A stretch of 64,000 nt of DNA, from the NCBI RefSeq assembly GCF_018350175.1, contig NC_058368.1, positions 50,965,815 to 51,029,814 of the forward strand, written 5' to 3'. How positions within the stretch are numbered: position 1 is the stretch's first letter; each line of letters begins with the position of its first letter. Of this stretch, positions 51,729 to 64,000 are shown piece after piece. Below the pieces are notes generated by a model that saw only the letters and a list, made by a program, of their open reading frames with translations, searched no databases and was not told the DNA's origin. The translations under genes were made by a program, and so were the position numbers. The stretch comes from Felis catus (lineage: Eukaryota).

Positions 51729-53599
51729 TGCAGCATTCTCCAGTTCCTACTGTGTCATTACCTCAGCCTACCTCAAAAACTTGTCATGAAATTCATCCAG
51801 TGCAAAAACAACTTACCGAATTCAAGTTTTTCTGGAAAATGAGTCATATTGCTGTATCACCAATGTACCTTACATAACAACTGACAAATAGTTATTTTCC
51901 CCCTAATTTCCAGAATCATAAGTAGAAATCATGCCTGTATTTTTGAAGTTCTAATTTAAAAATACTGCACTATATAATTTTTTAAAATTTTTATTAAAAA
52001 GTAAAAACAGTACTAAAACCAAGTTTATGTGAAGTGATAGACACATATGGAGGGATGTTGTTACGGTTATTGTTATCACAAAAATCATTTCCAGTCTTCT
52101 TCGTTGTCAGCACTCTTGTGTTTTTTATCCTTTTCCCTCATCTGGTGGGGGATCCTGTGTCACATTCCTTCCTTGTGTGAGGCACGGCCATGTTTTACTT
52201 CAAAACATTATTATTCAGACAAATACTCCTTTATATTACACAAATACTACTTTATATTACATGATAAAAACAAATATCTTACATAAAGACAAATATTTGT
52301 ATTATTATATTGTCTGGGTGTTTCTTGGAAACACACTCAGAAATGACTCATTTCTTAGAAAATAAGGTAATAAAGCATTCCACTTTGTCCAAGACAAGAC
52401 TGTATCACACACGAGTAAGGCTAGCACGTAATAAGTCACATTTCACTTTCTCAAGATTGTTTCAGCAATGAGTAGACTCATAAACTGCCTTTGCAATGAA
52501 AAACAGGAACTGGGAGGAGAAGGCAGGGCAAGAGCTTAAATGAGAAAAATAGGTTGAAATTAAACTTTGACGTAGCTGGGGGAAATGTAGTTCAATTACA
52601 CTGCATATAAATAATTGCCCTGGTTACATATGTAAAGAAATTTGAAAGAAGGCACAGGTCCCGTTAGAAGTGTCACCAGGAGGTACTGCCTTAAGGCTTA
52701 AGGTCAAATGATCCTCAAACTGACATTTACCTTGAGGCTTTCTCCCTTAGACAAGGCCAGTCCTCCCCTTTGTAGGCTGTGATATTTCACGTTGTCAGCA
52801 CAGTGAATTCGGCTCTTAAGGATTTAAGCTCAGGGGAGATCGAGGGACAAACAAGAAAGCCAACATACCCGTTTACACTGAGCCGTGCAGTTTTCAGGAC
52901 CCTCTCGAGGGTCTCCTCCGGCCAGCCCAGGGACACTGCCTGAGAGCCGTGCATTTTGTGAGCCTGGCTTCAGAGCCAGTTACATGACTTTTAGTCCTTT
53001 CATCGCCACAGCAGAACACAACTGCCTTTAGGACTCAATGCATTAAGTTGCGGGGAGATGGGGGTCTTCTGCCTTCCTAGTGTGCCAACCTTGACCTCTC
53101 AGTCTGTCGTCTTCCTGCCTCCCACATGGCACTTGTCCTTACTCCCCCATCTCTTCCTGGATGGCACATTCTTTCTCCTCCTTCATCATATTGATCTGGT
53201 CAAACAAGGTTCTTGAGCTTCCTGTTGATAGCATGTGAAATGCTTTATTTTCTAAGGTGAATCTTGCCAATATTTGATCTCAAGGACCACGTGATGCTTT
53301 TATTCAAGTTTTCAACTCTGCTAGTAAGAAGTAGTGTTACTTTTCCCCAGGGAAGAATATATGTGGCCTGCTTTTTGATAGTATCATCTCCAAATCCTTA
53401 GCTTTCAACTTCCATCTGAGGGACAAATATTCTTACTTAAATTGGCTTCATAAGCACAAATTTCTTGCAAGGGAAGTCTGGAATAGGAGATTTTATAACT
53501 AAAGGGACATCTGGTACCCGGGGCACAAGAAGGTTGTTGAAATAACAATAGACTAGAATTTGAAGCGCCTGGTTCTCAACCCTATTCAGCTTCAAGAGC

Positions 53600-53815
53600 T
53601 CTGGCTCTCCCTCTCCTTCCCCCCCTCTCTCTCCCTCTCCCTCCTCTACCCCCTCTGCTCAGGTGAGGACAGCCAGAAGGCAGCTAGTATCCACCAGCCA
53701 GGCATCAAGCCCCCACCAGGAACCAAATCAGCCAGCATCATGATCTTGGATTCCCAGCCTCCAGGGCTATGAGAGATAAACGTTTGTTGTTTAAGCCGCA
53801 TAGTCTATGATGGAA
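53600..53815 (+). mobile_element. MLT1A-like LTR, 3' half
   Basis: TGATCTTGGATTCCCAGCCTCCAGGGCTATGAGAGATAAACGTTTGTTGTTTAAGCC. Confidence 0.8.
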
Positions 53816-56694
53816 TCTTTTAGGACCCTGAGATACCCAAAGCCCTATAGTTACTACCAGATTCAAACCCTGTGCTAAAAATAGATGCCAAATGAAATTA
53901 CAAAAATGTCTGAAGAAATTGCCCGCAGGGCAGCCTACTAAATGCCAATAGTCCCAGATCTTGGGTGCTGCCACTCTGAAGGCAGAATTAAAAATTAATT
54001 TGTATTAGTAATACCAGCCCTCCTCCCGAAAACGTAACAATTACCTAGAGGGTCTGATTCAAAGGACGGGCACTCCAAAGGGCACCCTGTGCAATAGCAA
54101 TCTCCCCGGCCCTGCTGGGCCACCATTCACAGGTTTGTTCTTCTGGAATAAGTACTGCTTTCCTCCTGAGGCTCTTTCAAACAGCAGATTTCACTGAGTT
54201 GGGAGGCAGAAGCTCATTGGTCCAAGCTGATCGGTCTGATGCAGCTGCCAAACCAAGAGAGCCCCAGAGGCCTGGAGAGAGAGTGGGGGTTGGGGTTGGG
54301 GTGCTGAAAAGAGGGAAGGGAGTAGAGGAGGGCCACCACCGACTTCTTCCTGTGCTGACACTAATCCTACAGTAGAGAATTCCGCTCCTGGCTTGAGCTG
54401 GGGTGCTAAAGCCATTATTTATAGCTTACAGCCTCCCAAATCAGGCGGCACTGCTTACACGGGAAGGCAACCAGAAGAAGCAGGGGGCCCATCATGGTGG
54501 AGACATTACTACAGCAGATGGTGGCCATGCGAGCTGTGGTGGCAGCTTGTTCAGTGTAAATTCTGTTCTGCTTTAATGGCGTCTGTTTCCAAGCTAGGCT
54601 GAACCTCCGGATGCTGACACTGCTGCTCCTGAATCCAAGTCGGTCACCGGCTCAGCATCCGGACCCCTCAGCCTTCAGGCAGACTGCACTGAGCTCCGGC
54701 AGAAAATGGAATCTCCCCTTCCTGCGTCGTTAAAAGAGCCATCCAAGTTCACGGCTCCAACAGGAACAATTTGGGCTGAATTTAGTCTTGGGCAGCGATG
54801 AGCAAAGGCAACAAATTCCATGAGCCTCCATTGTGTCTCAGTAAGAAATGCACTGGAGGAAGAAAAAAAATCTCTGCACGTGTCCTTACTCCCATGGGGA
54901 ATATGCAACTCCATCTGCTACTTTCCACGCTAAGTGCTATGGATGGCAGTCATTTCTAAGAAACCATAAAATTTTTTTTTTTACAGACCACACTTGGCAT
55001 TTTTACCTCCATTGAGCATATCACGGGGCACCAGGCAGAGAATACTATGGGTCACAAAATCTCATTGTCTTTAGATGTATCTATATTCAGGAAGCAAGCC
55101 ATTCTGCAGGTTCCGTCTGGAATATCCAGATAATGAAGGTACTGCATTGATGAGATGTTTCTTATAACATCTCTTTTATTTTAATCTGTTTACTTCATTT
55201 CCCATGTGTTGACCCACCTTTCATTTCAGCTTCTTTGGCTCCATCTTGGGCATGAGATTTTGTTCAAGCGTGGACTGGGAGGAGGAAACTCTAAGAGTGA
55301 GATCATAAGTTTCACTAAACCCCACTGCCCCCAAACACAATGAGCCACTTCTGGCAGCCTGGCCAGTTGGACAGGAAGACCAGCGGCTGAGGAACAGTGC
55401 CAAGCTTTAGCTGAGTGCTCAGTGTTGAAAGGTTTCATGCAAAAATCCTGGAGCAGAGAAGAGAAATTTTCAGGAACCAGAGCCCCTCGACTCCATCCTG
55501 GACTAGTGTTTACTGGATGGTCTCTGGCTTCCAGCAACCCAGTCTCAATTTCCATCAGGCACATAGAAATGAGCACAACTTTCCGCCACCCCATCCTCCC
55601 CACCCTCCCAAAACGACCCAGGCTTGCAACAGGCTCTTATTTCTCTCACTTCCTTTCTGAGCTCGAGCCCCCAGCACCCTCTTTTCCACACACAAGGTAG
55701 GTGACAAACAGCCAGGCTCTGGGGCTGTCAGGGAAGCAGAGACACAAACAACAGACCCCTGGGCGTGTGGGCCACCATGGGGAGAATGAAGGGGACATTC
55801 TACGTGCCCTTGGAGTTTAAGGTCCAGGCACTACAACGTAAGAGGGACCTCTGTCCACCTTGGCCATTTACTGACAGAAACCCTAGCCTAGATTGGGTAA
55901 TGGGAACCCAGGATGACACAGAACTAGAATTCAGCTCTGCTGCAACTCTCTGCCTACTACTCTTCACTGACTTCTTGTGCATGGGATAAGAAGAGAAAGG
56001 AAGACGATCTTGGAGCAGGAAAGTTTGAGAACCTCCAGCCCCAGGGTTATCTGAATCAGAAATTGTGCACTTTTAATCTGTTCTGCCCACACTCCAAACG
56101 AGGCATCTGGTGGGCTGCTCCAAAGACATGTCCTCATCTTGCTGAGCCAACTTGGAATGCAGTGCGGCGGGAACAGAACTCAGCTTACCTCTGGACCCCA
56201 GGGCCTCTCCTCTTGCAGCCTGGGCAGGCTGAGGCTACCAAGGAAGCATGTGGAAACTTATAAAAAGGAAGCTGTGGTTCAGCATTAGCAGGCAGCATAC
56301 AGAGACGCAGTGCTGAGGGCTTGAAGTTTACCCACAGCTGGGATCCCTGTCCTACCACCTCCAAAGCCACTGTTCAGAAATGCTGGTGTGAAATAAGGTA
56401 GATTTCTCTGCCTCTCCCTATAGGGTTTTGAGAGCTTTAAAGCAAAACAAAACAAAACACAAAAAACAAACAAACAAAAAAAACAGTTTCATCTTCTTTA
56501 GATTGTGGATCTACTTATAGCACAAAACCTAGATTTTAACCCAGGGCCATGCCACCTTTAGGAAATGCAAAGTCATGGTGAAATCCAGCCTTCCAGAATT
56601 TTTCATGTGGGTCCTCCAGATGTTGTTACTTACTTCAGCCTTCTATGTACAAAGACAGCAGTAATTACTCTTTGAGATCCATGCCAGGGATCTC

Positions 56695-56850
56695 AAACAC
56701 ATATGGCAAAGTAGATGTTATTATTCCCATTTTATCGTCAGATTAAAGAGGATAAAAATGGCTGGTTGCGTGATCTGCCCCAGGTCCTACAGCTGGTAAC
56801 AGGGCTGTGATTCAAAGCCAGGTCCGAGTCTGGAACCTGGTTTCTTTCTG
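56695..56850 (-). mobile_element. MIR SINE
   Basis: TTATTATTCCCATTTTA...CCCAGGTCCTACAGCTGGTAA...GATTCAAAGCCAGGTC. Confidence 0.7.
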
Positions 56851-57307
56851 GGGTGATGCTCTGTCCACACACCTCCAGTACCACTGGTCAGAACTCACTC
56901 AACTCCTGATTCCTCCCCATAAAGCCAAGCACAGAGAACCCCCAGAACACCCACCCACCCCCAACTCTCTTTGACCACTGAGACTCAGCAAAGGGGAGCT
57001 CTGCTGGCACCATGCCCCCAAAATACCAACCAGAGAGAGGCAAAGTGCTCCTTTTCCTTGAACTACCCCAGTTACCTACATACCTCCTTCTCATATGTCA
57101 GTCAGAATGAGCTCCCCTTGCTGGCTGCTATCAAGCTGGTTTCATCTTTCTGTAATATTTATAAATTTACACCGTAGGCTATTATGTTTACCCTAAGTTA
57201 CAATCCCAGACAGAGGAAATACAGACTGCTTAATGTTTGCTTCAGTATCAGGCAGAAAATCACACAGAATTAGGCACTTAATGAAGATGATGGTAATGAT
57301 CTTGATG

Positions 57308-57415
57308 GAGGAGGAGGAGGAGGAGGAGGAGGAGGAGGAGGAGGAGGAGTGGGGGGGTGGGAGGAGGAGGAGAAGGACGAGAAGGAGAAGGAGGAGAAGA
57401 AGGAAGAAAGAAGGT
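57308..57415. repeat. (GAG)14 plus degenerate GA-rich tract
   Basis: Pure GAG at 57308-57349, then GGAGAA/GGAAGA variants. Confidence 0.95.
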
Positions 57416-59034
57416 GATAATGAGATGAAGGCCTGGAACGCTCTGTCCTGGTAATAATACATCACCAAATTATCCATAAAGATTTCCTAACAGGCTGCAG
57501 CACAGGACTCAGTAGACACGGGCATCAGAGTCTGTGGACGGGTTTTCCCTGGCAGTACCAGATAAGCGTTTGGCATCTCCCTCTCCCTCTCCCTCAGGGC
57601 ACTGAACGAGGGGGCCGAGAGGCTCAGAGGCTGCAGGAGGCAGCTACCTCAGGAAGAGGGCCTGTTAGCAAACAGAAGCATCACCTGCTCCCCGCAACAG
57701 GGAACCACACATCTCTGAGTCATAATTCACCAAGCTCAGAGCCAAGCTGACAGGAAGCTTGGCTGGAGGAAGAAACCAACAAACCTTCACATCAGGTGCA
57801 AGGACTACGGGTCTCCCTCCTAACATGCTGGGCATGGCTCTAAGTGGGAGAAGCTAGGGCAGAGAGCCCAGTCCCCCCGTGAGCCAGCTGCTTGTCCCGC
57901 CTTCCCAGAGAAGGCTCTGCGTCCCAGTGCCTGGCCCACGGAGTGGGATCAGTGCCACAGTACAGGGTCTCACCCACTGCACAGCAACAGCTAGAGCTGT
58001 TCACACAGGATGGGACTTCTTCCGGAAGGCGCTCAGAGCCTAGCTGGGGATATCTTTTAAAATGTTCAGAAACTTTCCCCCAGGTTTTCTGAGCAAGTCA
58101 AAAATCACCTTGATCTTCTAAAGCAATTAGACTTACGTGATTGTAAATAAAGAGTCCACAGAGGTCATACACCGAGTCAATATATCACTTATGCCAGACT
58201 AACTGCCGTTGCCCTGATTACATCTTGCATTTAGGACATTTGCTCTATATTGCACCCGTGGCTTGCTGAGTGGTTTCAGGGAGAATAAATAAGACTTTGA
58301 AGGAATAGCACAGGAAATTTACAAATTGGAAGCCTTTTTTACTTTTAAAATAATTTTACACTTAGAAGCAATTGTATGTCAATGGCTTGTAGTCTTTTTA
58401 AGAAGCTGTACATTTTTGGAAAGGAAATCTACTTTAATATGAACACTTCCTTGTTTGCTTTAGAAACAGGACACGAAAATCAATCTACAGACGTATTTCA
58501 ACTATTTCTTGTCATTTTTGTTACTCTATTCCACAGCTTATAGAGATGAGGACTGGAAAAGGATAAAAATGTGCCATTTGACTCATCCTTATTCTGTTTT
58601 AATTGCAGGCAAAGATGAGAGTTATAGTGAGGACATTTTATTACGATTCAGAAAGAAAAAGGTTGAGTGAGTTATGAGCTGCATGGGATGGGAGCACGGA
58701 AAGATTCATGATGGTTCGGTTCAGAAATACCCATCATTTCTCTGTATGTGGTATTGCAACAGATAGATAACCCTCATGTCAGTGATTTCATCTGCTCAAA
58801 CAAATAGCATTGGCTTGCTATAAATATTGAATATTGTCCTTTATATTAGAGGAAGCATTAGTATTGATACCCCTTTCTCTGCATTTGAGGTCAAATGAAA
58901 AGATTAGTGTGCCAGGTCCCAAGATGAGGAACTCTGACCATTCCTTCTCTCTAGCACCCACATCCAGGTCCCAAGCCCGCCATGTGAGGTTAGGAGTGGG
59001 AGAGAAGAGGAAAGAACACACGGTCGGGAGCCAG

Positions 59035-59235
59035 CCTGAGCCCAAATCCCGACTGTCCCACGTACTGGCACTAAGACCTTGATGAGCTGCTCAGTCTCTC
59101 GCTCTGTGCCTCATTCTCCTCCTCTGGAAAGTGGAGCAGAAATACGGCCTGTTGTGTGGATTGACTGAGTTACACGGAAAGCACTTAGAACAGTGGCTGG
59201 CACATAATAAATGCTAAATAAGCATCAGCCCTTGT
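59035..59235 (+). mobile_element. MIR SINE
   Basis: CTCTGTGCCTCATT...AAAGCACTTAGAACAGTGGCTGGCACATAATAAATGCT. Confidence 0.8.
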
Positions 59236-59524
59236 GATGACAATGATTTTTTTTTCATATTGGTGCCTTCTTGAGTACTGCTATTTCTGTTCCTCTCCAC
59301 ACCTACTTCCCACCCCCTATCCCACCTCACCCACTTTGGTCAACTGCAACAAGTAGGATCCTAGCTAGGCTGCCTGCTTTCTGCATACCCACCTTGCACA
59401 CCCCCAGTTCAAGTCTAATATTCCCTCCTTAATGGCTCACCCAGTAAACATATCCATCACAGCACCCACTACACTTTTTATTTTCTTCATCTCTCTATAT
59501 TAATGTGTAGTGGGGCTGAAAAAG

Positions 59525-59525
<1 letters not shown>

Positions 59526-59573
<48 letters not shown>

Positions 59574-59738
59574 CTTGAGAAAGAGAGAGAGGGTGAGGGG
59601 CAAAGAGAAAGGGAGACAGAGGATCTGAAGCAGGCTCTGTGCTGACAGCAGAGAGACTGATATGGGGTTCAGACTCACAAACCATGAGATCATGACCCGA
59701 GCTGAAGTCAGACATTTAACTGAGTCACCCAGGCACCC
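59526..59738 (-). mobile_element. CAN-SINE whose tail is a (CA)23 microsatellite
   Basis: SINE body 59572-59738; (TG)23 at 59526-59571 in the tail position. Confidence 0.92.
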
Positions 59739-59756
59739 TAAAACACATATTTTTTA

Positions 59757-59984
59757 TTTTTATTTTTTTTATAAAATTTTTTTAACGTTTATTTATTTTT
59801 GAGACAGAGAGAGACAGAGCATGAACGGAGGAGGGTCAGAGAGAGGGAGACACAGAATCTGAAACAGGCTCCAGGCTCTGAGCTGTCAGCACAGAGCCCG
59901 ACGTGGGGCTTGAACTCACGGACCGCGAGATCATGACCTGAGCCGAAGTCGGCCGCTTAACCAACTAAGCCACCCAGGCGCCCC
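59757..59984 (-). mobile_element. Felid CAN-SINE
   Basis: Perfect TSD AACACATATTTTTTA at 59742-59756 and 59985-59999. Confidence 0.96.
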
Positions 59985-60629
59985 AACACATATTTTTTAA
60001 AGGCTGATATCAGAAGCCCACTTAGATTCTAAGTGGAAAATTATCTTCATTCAGGATAGCCCTTAATAAGCAAACTTTGGGAAGAAAGATGAGTCCCAAA
60101 GACTCTAAGGAAAGACTAACTCCTCCACGTGAGAGGTACACAGACATTTGGGGACTGAGGAGAATGGTGCAAAATAAGTTCGATGAATGGAGAAAGGTCA
60201 AAACGATTTCAACTTGCAAAAAAAAAGTTGCCAGTGAGAGATCCCTGGTGGCAGGGCCTGAGGGGTATTTAAAACAAGAATTAGCCCTCTTTAAGTTCAA
60301 ATTGTTTGCATTTCCGAGATGTGAAGAAAAGCCAAAACTGAAGTAAAGCCTGATACACACAGAGCTTGTTTGTGGTAAGTAAGATGGGACCAAATCAAGG
60401 GAAAAAAGCTGAGTTCCATGTAGGAGCTGAGATGACATAGAGGAAAGAGAGGAGCCATGGAAAGGAAACAGAACTGAATGTTGGGAGTTCAGGGGCTTGC
60501 AACTCAGAGCCAGAAAGAAAATATAAACCTTTGAGAATTTGCAGAAATCTTGGTGATGAGTTTGGGCATCCAGAGATATGTACATTAAAAGGCTCAAGGC
60601 TGTATTATTTAAAATCCCAAAACCCAGGT

Positions 60630-61040
60630 ACATTGGCTCAGGTCCTCCAAGAAATGCACAGGATTGGATGTCTAAGAGGGTTACCAGGGAAACACCTGTG
60701 AAGAAGTCAGGGAAGAAAATTCAGAGAGATACTGATCTGACTGGTGCAGAAGGGGAGGGTGGAGGGGAGGAAAATTGGATAGAGAGAACCTCAGATCATA
60801 GAGAGTTCTAAGAAAGATCCTATCAGGCTGATGGAAAGCCCTTGAGTCAAAGTCACCGTTGGAGGAGTCCGGCATCTCACAGTCGGTGATAGTACCCCCA
60901 CTGTGCCAACGACAGCCCGCTCACAGTGTGTGCTCAGTGCAAACATGATGGTAGATCCAGAGGACAACATCCGGGGCTGTCAGTCAGTCATGGTCCCAGA
61001 GGAGGGGACCGGAGCTCCACAACTCCCCTCGCCACCACGT
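60630..61040 (-). mobile_element. LTR16-family (ERVL) LTR
   Basis: CAGGTCCTCCAAGAA...ACACCTGTGAAG...GAACCTCAGA...AGGCTGATGGAAAGCCC...GGAGGAGTCC follows recalled antisense LTR16 consensus. Confidence 0.65.
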
Positions 61041-61271
61041 AGGGTTACCTCAGCTAACAGGAGTCATGTCTGACTCGTGACTTGAGGCTCAACTGCTCCA
61101 TAAGTGTTTGTTGAGTTAATACATTGATCCATATGCTACACACCACATAATCATCCTAAACAACCACTGGCATCGAATGTGGTACACGTGAGAATTCATT
61201 TCCCTAGTCTTTCTATTGTATTGCATTTAAATTTCCCTTCATAAGAAGGTTTATGAAAATGTTTTCTATAA

Positions 61272-61726
61272 TTTATTTTTTTTATTTAAAATCAAGTTAG
61301 TTAACATATAGTGCAAGAATGATTTCACGAATAGAATTGAGGGATTCATCACTTACATGCAACACCCAGTACTCATCCCAACAAGCGCCCTCCTTCATGC
61401 CCATCGCCCGTTTAGCCCATCCCCCCACCCAACACCCCTCAGCAACCCTCAGTTTGTTCTCTGTACTTAAGAGTTTCTCATGGTTTGTCTCCCTCTCTGT
61501 TTTTATCTTACTTTTGCTTCCCTCTCCCTATGTTCATCTGTTTTGTTTCTTAAATTGCACATAGGAGTGAGATCGTGTATTTGTCTATCTCTGACTGCCT
61601 TATTTCACTTAGCATAATACACTCTAGTTCCATCCACATTGTTGCAAATGGCAAGATTTCATTCTTCTTGATCACTCAGTAATATACCATTGTATACATA
61701 TGCCCCATCTTCTTTATCCATTCATC
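61272..61726 (-). mobile_element. Carnivore L1 3' end (5'-truncated)
   Basis: CAAGTTAGTTAACATATAGTG...ACACCCAGTACTCATCCCAACAAG...GTTGCAAATGGCAAGATTTCATTC. Confidence 0.92.
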
Positions 61727-61729
61727 ACT

Positions 61730-62310
61730 CCTGTGGCGGTTCCTCAAAAAATTAAATACAAAAAAATTAAATATAGAATTCCCAGCAGTTCCACTTCTGA
61801 GTATATACCCAAAAGAATTGAGAGCAGGGACCCAAACAGAAATCTACGTTCCCATGTTCACAGCAGCACTATTCGTAATAGCCAAAAAGTGGAAACAAGC
61901 AAAATGCCCATCAACTGAAGAATGGATAAACAAAACGTGGTATACACATACAACAGAATATTATTCAGCCCTAAAAGAGAAGGGAATTCTGACACATGCC
62001 ACAGCGTAGATGAGCCCTGAGGATCATTATGCTAAGTAAAATAAGCCAGGTACAAAAAGACAAATACTGTATGACTCCACTTATATGAGGTAACTAGAGT
62101 GGTTTCAAACTCACAGATACCAAAAGGAGAATGGAGGTGACCAAGGACTAGGAGGAGGGGAGAATAGGGAGATAGGGTTTAATGGGTAGAGTTTCCCAAA
62201 GGGGCCATGGATGGTGGTGATGGTTGCACAGCTTAGTGCCACCAAAGTGCACGTCTAAAAATGGTTAAAATGGTAAAAATGCATATCTTGCTACAATAAA
62301 AATAAAAATT
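61730..62310 (+). mobile_element. Ancient L1MB-type 3' end
   Basis: ORF 61818-62009 (PMFTAALFVIAKKWKQAKCPSTEEWINK) is L1 ORF2 C-terminus; 3' UTR GATGGTGGTGATGGTTGCAC...AAAATGGTTAAAATGGTAAA. Confidence 0.9.
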
Positions 62311-63083
62311 GTTTAGAGATTATATGTGATAAGGAAGAAAACTACAGTTGGGAAACTTTGTGCTACCATGTGTTCTTAGGCTTCAGGCTGTGATTCTCTG
62401 CCTCCAGATCCCCAGTGAGGTCAGTGCAGCTATGACTTCTCCCGGACCAGCCATTTGGCTGGTGGGCTGGTTCCAGGGCTTTCTCTAATTGTCTTCCCCC
62501 CAAAGTCTGCTTAGGGCAACTTCTCAGACTCCACCCAGGAGCTTCCTCTTAGAGCAGCCATTCCCAGACAGCCGTTCCCACAAAAGGTCACAATGCCCAG
62601 GTCAGCTCATTAAACCCCAGATGCTGGCCCTGTCCTTTGCCCACCCCCCCTTAATTGAGATTTCTCTGTTTAAAAATAAAAGTAGACTCATTTTGGTAAA
62701 AGTAGTCAGATGACGTTTCTTTCTCTGAAAGACTTCTGTCAGGATGATGGCGTGAGAAAGAAAAGCCTAGTGAGACATTAACTGAATCTCTGGCAAGAGT
62801 GTGGTCGTGGGCTGCCCCCCCAACCCCCCCGGGGGCTCGCACTCTGGGTTAACAACGAAGAGGATCAAAGGAGGGCAGACCTGCCTGCCTTTCGTGCCTG
62901 CTTCCCACGCTTCTGCTTTTCTCCTTCTGGCTTTTCTGATCCTTCCAGCTTTCTACTCTGCTTCAGGCACTAAATGATTACAGATACCTTGTCATTCTCT
63001 CCACCTTCCTCCCTGCGTATCTTTCCACTCATTCTATTACTTTTATCATCCAAGTAGTTCCAATCATCAGGAACCCTGAGTTC

Positions 63084-63239
63084 GGGGCACCTGGGTGGCT
63101 CAGTCAGTTAAGTGTCTGACTCTTGATTTCAGCTCAGGTCAGGTGGTTTGTGGGTTTGAGCCCCGCATCGGGCTCTGCGCTGACAGTTCAGAGCCTGCTT
63201 GGGATTCTCTCTCTCCATCTCTCTCTGCCCCTCCCATGC

Positions 63240-63277
<38 letters not shown>

Positions 63278-63318
63278 AAAATAAATAAATAAATAAACTT
63301 TTTAAAAAATCATAATAA
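63084..63318 (+). mobile_element. CAN-SINE, older subfamily
   Basis: TSD AGGAACCC(T/A)GAGTTC at 63069-63083 and 63319-63333. Confidence 0.95.
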
Positions 63319-63674
63319 AGGAACCCAGAGTTCAAAGTTGGGGCTCCACATACTTTGTGTTCAAGTCACCACATCAAATGTGTCAAACAAGGAAACATGC
63401 ATTCAGTAGGAGCTGTGGGAGCACTGATCACCCATGCTTATAAAGGATGCAAGACAACTGACCCGTGCTGCCAAAGGGCCTAGATCTACAGATTGTGCAG
63501 AAGGTCAGGCGAAGGGGGACTGAGAGGGCATAGGATGTTTAAATAAAGGATGCAAAAAGTATAGCTGTTTCCTACAGTGATGGCAAAACACTCAGAGTGC
63601 CTGGCCCCCTGTCTTCCTGAGCAGTTTCTCATGTCCTTTTTTTTTTAGGGAACTCAAAAGCAATTCTAAATAGT

Positions 63675-63742
63675 TTAATATATATTAATATATAATAATA
63701 ATATATTAATAGTTATATATATATATATATATATATTATTTA
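63675..63742. repeat. AT-rich / (TA)n simple repeat
   Basis: Seen directly. Confidence 0.9.
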
Positions 63743-64000
63743 AAGGAGATTAGCTCACAGGACCTTTAGAAGAGCCCATCAGTAGGCTTGGAAGCTAAAC
63801 AGCCAATAAAATTCCAAATCACATTCGTCCAGCCCTGTGGCTCCAGAGAGCTGGGCCCACACAGCCGGCTCCACCAACGTGGGCCCACCAGGCTGCTCTG
63901 GGCCCTCTGCCACAGGGTCTCCAGAAGCTGGATGCTCTTACCACTGCGCTAGCTACAACCATCTCACACCGTCCCCAGCTTCACTGGCTTCTAATTCAAA

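Noticed and set aside
59526..59999. Second tandem SINE pair as a dimer
   Set aside because: The right copy has its own perfect TSD, so the two were independent insertions
60022..60633. 203-aa minus-strand ORF
   Set aside because: Leu/Ser/Phe-rich translation of a pyrimidine-rich strand, probably decayed L2; no recognisable homology
61272..62310. Twin-priming inverted L1
   Set aside because: Each half has its own, different 3' UTR and tail (carnivore versus L1MB-type), so they are two separate elements

Overview
Mammalian nuclear DNA from a felid, most likely domestic cat, judged from about 24 felid-type CAN-SINEs and a felid-type L1 3' end. I recognise no protein-coding exon, rRNA/tRNA gene, CpG island or intact virus, so the window looks intronic or intergenic. 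Much of it is transposon debris: CAN-SINEs of several ages, carnivore and ancient L1 pieces, L2, MIR, MLT1/MLT2/LTR16 LTRs, MER20, Tigger13a-like and MER103C-like DNA elements, and microsatellites. The supplied ORFs are mostly SINE-derived, repeat-derived or chance. I found no convincing novel biological system. The best-supported oddities are retrotransposition scars: an L1 3' transduction (24568-25450), two SINEs inside one target-site duplication (TSD; 1451-1943) and a 5'-only L1 splitting a MIR (19737-21056). More speculative are a phase-compatible chain of + strand candidate exons (28823-35233) and a few motif-rich unique segments. Repeat subfamily names come from recalled consensus sequences, not a database search, and old-repeat boundaries are approximate.
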